DNA from: Geosiphon pyriformis uo1
Lineage: Eukaryota > Fungi > Glomeromycota
Reading direction: 5' to 3'
Assembly (NCBI GenBank): GCA_016748015.1
Contig: JAAOMT010000766.1
Span: forward strand, 1-11,498
DNA length: 11,498 bases
Made by a program: the position numbers and the translations under genes. The notes under the pieces were generated by a model. The model had not been told where the DNA came from. It ran no database searches and worked only from the letters and a program-made list of their open reading frames with translations. Of the stretch, positions 7,624 through 11,498 are shown in pieces (positions within the stretch are counted from its first letter, which is position 1; each line of letters opens with the position of its first letter).

Positions 7624-9120
7624 ATGGCGACTACATCAGACACAACAACTCTAGAGTATTATCAGTCAATTTACACCCACTGCAAGCAAAGATTCAACAT
7701 CCCAGACGGAATTGAAGTTATCAAGAAATCAGTATACTAATACATTGAAAACTGCATTAACAATTATCTTTTTGGAAATTACAATATCTCAGAAGTTAGA
7801 AGCAACCTTTACAATAATTTAGTGCACTATTCACAGTTGGGAACTGAAGACCTTAACAGTGAAACACTTGCCACTTACTTTCAAAAACTTAATTTTAATA
7901 TTATCAAGTACTGTGAAGAAACATATTCAGTGCAGTTTCAATATTCTATTGATTTTGAATCAGAGACAGAAACAAGCAACAAAGACAAACAAAAATTGAA
8001 GCAATACTTAAAAACCACCCCAAATACTCCAATACTACCAAAAACAACTGCCAAACACTTGCAAACACCTGAACAAAAAACCAGTGTTAAATTACCACTT
8101 TCTATTACATCATTTCCAATTTCACTTGTTCAACCACAAACACCAAGTTTACTACTTAAATGTTTCTCTAGACTAGAAGATTATCAGTCACCTAAAAATC
8201 CTACTCAACAGCAGGAACCAATATCAACAAGTGCCAATATCATTGATTACTTACAAGAAAAGTAATCATTCAGAAAGTCTGGAAAGTGAAGAAACTGAAT
8301 CAAAACAAGAAGAAACTACAGAAAACGAAAAAGAAATAGCAACTGCTTACATTGCAAAGATTCCAGAATTTACTGGTGAAGATAATGATACCAGTCCTCA
8401 AAAATGGCTTGACAAAGCTCAAAAAGCAAAAGATGCAAATGGTTGGATTGCAGCAAGAATGCTCAAAGCAATCCCTATTTTCTCCAAGGAACTGCAGGAG
8501 AATGGTTTGAAAACTTAGAAGAACTATTTGTAAACTGGCAAGCATTTAAAAATGTTTTTTTACAACAATTCACTGACAACAACACTTTTATTACTCTCCA
8601 CAATCGCTTTCACAATATCAAACAAGAAACATCTGAAACTGTTATGACTTATCTTGGAAGATTCAACAAACTTCTTTGATGAATTCGACAATTAGAAACC
8701 AATGATTATTATTCTAATGCTCAGATTCTGAACCAGTTTATAGCAGGATTAAAAGACAAACTGATTAAGAAAGTCTGTCCACATGCTCCAGCAGATTTAG
8801 TAACTGTTATCAGACATGCAAAGAATTATGAAATAGCTATAAAAAAAGCAAACCACACCAAACTCATCAATCTAGCTATTAGAGAAACCAGTTCAGCAGC
8901 TGAAGAGAAGATAGACCAACTTATAAAGAAGGTTGAAAGCTATTTCACAAACCAACAACAACAGCAACAACAATCACAAAGATATCAACCTCCACAACAA
9001 CACAACCAAAACAATTTTGGATCACCCTCTAACAACCAACCTCAAAATTGTCATTATTGTGGAATTCCAGAACACTGGAAATGAGATTGTAGAAAATTAC
9101 AAAGAGACCAACAAAATAGG
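7624..9120 (+). pseudogene. gag: Gag (retrotransposon capsid-like domain + CCHC zinc knuckle), degenerate
   Basis: aaaATGGcg start at 7624. Motifs KIPEFTGED...QKWL, YFLQGTAGEWF, WQAFKNVFLQQF, IKQETSETVMTYLGRF (major-homology-like), QFIAGL, and knuckle CHYCGIPEHWK*DC (9049-9090). Stops at 7738, 8677, 8680 and 9082. Two compensating frameshifts near 8260 and 8472. Confidence 0.92.
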
Positions 9121-9480
9121 AGTAATCAATGTTATTCTTCATTACAACAATCTTATTACCAATCTCCACCACCAACTTATTATTTACCAAGACCCCAAAA
9201 TCAAAACAATTACTATCAACCAGCTCCACAACCAATGCAGCAACAATATCAGCAATCTTTACCAATTCAATAATATCAGACACAGTCCCCTCAACAATAT
9301 CAAGTACCAGTCAGAAGATTGGTTCAACATAACTAATTCACACCTCAAAATCAATTTCAGAATAATAACAATAAGATCAATCCAAATAACCAATTAGTTC
9401 TCTGAAATTCTGGTCAGCAAAGACCAAATTATTTTCACACTCAACCCAATTATTTAACAATAACTAAAGAATTAAATTTT
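8950..9480 (+). other. Q/N/P/Y-rich low-complexity polyprotein segment around the zinc knuckle
   Basis: In the gag frame: NQQQQQQQSQRYQPPQQHNQNN...LQQSYYQSPPPTYYLPRPQNQNNYYQPAPQPMQQQYQQ...QNNNNKINPNNQ. Stops at 9271, 9334 and 9403. Confidence 0.8.
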
Positions 9481-9660
9481 CAACAAACTGCACTTTTTGA
9501 AGGTAAAGTTGCAGTACCAAAAACAAACCCTTCCAACCATACCATTCTACCAGCTCAAATTGCTCAAAATTTCAACCTTTCAGATATATTTCTATTCGAA
9601 TTTAAAGCAAATGAATCACCATTCTTGCTTAGTAATGCAGCAGCTAATGAACAAAAAGTT

Positions 9661-10030
9661 ATTACTGCTATGTACACTAAAGCTATAGTAGAAGGAAAAC
9701 CCATTCGATTAATTCTAAACAGTGGATCAACTGAAAGTATTATCACTTACCAGTTAATGCAGCAGCTTCAAAGAACTGTTGACAGACCAGCCCAAACTGT
9801 AATTGTTACAGCAGATGGTATAAAGAAGACACCAGTAGGAAAAATTGACAATTTCCCATTTACTATTGATGGAATTACCATTTCAATCAAAGTGCTAGTC
9901 ATAGATGCACCCCAATACCAAGCTCTGGTCGGAAATAATTGGCTTTTTAAAGCCAATACAAACTTAGATTGGGAAACTCAAGAACTAAAAATCTCATACC
10001 AAGGACAACACACTATAGTATCTGTTACTT
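9661..10030 (+). pseudogene. Retropepsin-like aspartic protease, catalytic Asp changed to Asn
   Basis: VEGKPIRLILNSGSTESII (D-S-G motif with AAC at 9718-9720), flap IVTADG, and ALVGNNWL (ILGxDWL-like). Same frame as gag. Confidence 0.92.
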
Positions 10031-10245
10031 GTGGTACTTTTAACAAACAATCAGAAAAAGCTCCAGTATTTGAATTTGAAAAGGAAAAAAAAATGCCACT
10101 TACTGAAACCTACATGGCTCTTGGATCAACATCCAATTGGGCTGAAAAAACAGAACAGGAGATTTTTGAAGAATCAAAAGGATGAAAGAAAGTTAGATAT
10201 TTTACACTAGAACCACAGAAACAACCACTCTATATTCCACTCAAA

Positions 10246-10842
10246 TGCAAAGATTGCAACAAGAAACTTTCATCAATGAGAGCATGTATTTCTCCAGAAG
10301 AGAAATATGAAACTTGTACCTGTTACTTTTGCAAAGCATGTCATAGAGAACGATTTGGATCTCCAAAAAGAAGTGGAAAATGGGACAACACATCTTGTCT
10401 TACATGTGGAGATATGTTACCAGAAGAATGCAACTGGATTGATGTTGCAATGAGAGGAGGAGTATGTGATCAAACCTGTCAATATACTCTATCAATTTCG
10501 GAAAAAGTCAGAAGAGAAACACCATTTGATGCAGTATACAACAGTGTTCTCAATAAACTTTACCACTACCCTCATGATGCTGAAATGATTTTTGACCTAG
10601 TAATGGCATTGATTAATGAAGCCACCCAAGAAGATGTTCACCAAATAAAAGAAGCTAAATACATTGAGTATATCATGGAATTAGCTGGATTTGATTATAA
10701 AGATAAAATAGAAACCTACCACCAAATTGCAAGCCACACATATCTGACCAAAAAAGCTCAAATTCAATAATTAGAGCAAATGAACATTCAATTGTGTGAA
10801 GAATGTGTTATGCCTTGTGATAACCAATGGTGTTTAGAATAT
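10246..10842 (+). pseudogene. Cys-rich domain of unknown function (probably several C4 zinc fingers) in the polyprotein
   Basis: CKDC (10246), CKAC (10330), CLTC (10396), CDQTC (10465), a helical-looking spacer, then CEECVMPCDNQWCLEY (10795-10842). In frame with protease and dUTPase across stops at 10183, 10768 and 10966. Confidence 0.7.
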
Positions 10843-10968
10843 TATACTCTTAGCATTCCTCTGCCAGAGAAGAATAATGAAAATGAAATCGAATTTGGAG
10901 TATCTGAACTAGTAGAAAAACTACCAACCACTCCCATCTATCTCCTTGAAAAGCAACCACCTCTATAA

Positions 10969-11394
10969 CTTAAATATTTTGACAACCATGGCCAAAAAAT
11001 CAGACCAGAAAAAGCACACGAAATTGATGCTGGATATAACCTAAGATACCCAGGAAAAAATACTTTGGTTCTCCAACCAAAGTCTTTAACAAAAATCAAT
11101 CTCAAAATCACTCTTGAAATTCCACCTAGAGCAATGGTTCAAATTGCCTCCAGATCATCATTGGCAAGCAAAAAAATCAATATTAGAAGAGGAGTTATAG
11201 ATACAGAATACACTGGAGACATTACCATCATGTTGCAGAATGAAACAGACAAACCATTCAAGATTGAACATGCTGAAAAAATTGCTCAAGCAATTTACCT
11301 ACCCTTAATCAATATTTCGGGTTTACAATCAGTTAACAACAGAGAACAATTGGGAAAAAGTGAAAGAAGAACTCAAGGTTTTGGTTCAACTGGA
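10969..11394 (+). pseudogene. dut: Trimeric-family dUTPase domain of the polyprotein, degenerate
   Basis: All five motifs in order: DAGYNL (AGYDL; 11026-11043, upstream of the track ORF start), ASRSSL, GVIDTEYTG, EKIAQAI, RRTQGFGSTG. After TGA at 11395-11397 the frame stays open to the window end. Confidence 0.93.
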
Positions 11395-11498
11395 TGATTT
11401 ACAGTTCCAGTAAACATAGCCCTTAAAATACAAAATAAATCTCACCAGATTCTTCAACTTCCCCAACCAATTACCATTTTACCTTTTGGAGAACATCA

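Larger units (their letters stand above)
6567..11498 (+). mobile_element. Ty3/Gypsy-like LTR retrotransposon carrying dUTPase, degenerate, 3' part outside window
   Basis: Order is 5' LTR, PBS, Gag with CCHC knuckle, retropepsin, dUTPase. RT, RNase H and integrase are not in the window, so the superfamily call rests on Gag/protease features and the absence of integrase directly after protease. Confidence 0.9.

Noticed and set aside
7488-7715. 75-aa ORF spanning the LTR end, PBS and gag start
   Set aside because: TTG start, off-frame to gag and no motifs; probably a chance ORF.
8933-9397. N/I/H-rich 154-aa ORF and neighbouring short ORFs
   Set aside because: They are shifted readings of the CAA-rich gag linker. 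The CCHC knuckle identifies the true frame.
2980-11397. Alternative genetic code or TGA readthrough (many in-frame TGA)
   Set aside because: TAA and TAG stops also interrupt the same frames, most TGAs sit where Arg (CGA) fits, and catalytic residues are mutated. Decay explains the pattern.
11065-11397. Stand-alone functional dut gene (host, bacterial or phage)
   Set aside because: The start is TTG, motif 1 lies upstream of it, conserved residues are mutated, and it is in frame with the retroelement polyprotein.

Overview
This is a eukaryotic transposon graveyard with no intact host gene. My recollection of similar repeat-derived proteins suggests a Glomeromycotina fungus such as Geosiphon; this is an unverified inference. 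Four retroelement layers can be read. (1) 1..~4485 (-): 5' part of an L1/Tx1-like LINE with ORF1 (RRM-like folds, CCHC knuckle, twin C-terminal coiled coils) and ORF2 (APE endonuclease + RT), inactivated by point mutations. (2) ~4490..5718: an extremely AT-rich tract whose left part still reads as a heavily mutated Gypsy gag N-terminus on the - strand. (3) 5719..6566 (-): the 3' end of an older LINE with a degenerate zinc finger, 3' UTR and poly(A), cut exactly at 6566/6567. (4) 6567..end (+): a Ty3/Gypsy-like LTR element with a 1012-bp 5' LTR (TGTTACCAG...CTGGTAACA), a phased 20/21-bp array built on TTC-N3-GAA, a non-iMet 18-nt PBS, and a single-frame polyprotein Gag-CCHC-Q/N linker-protease-Cys-rich unknown domain-dUTPase that runs off the window. 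Nearly every lesion I could interpret is a C>T/G>A transition, in both CpG and CpA contexts. The best novelty candidates are the protease-Cys-rich-dUTPase cargo, the LTR array and the RIP-like mutational gradient.
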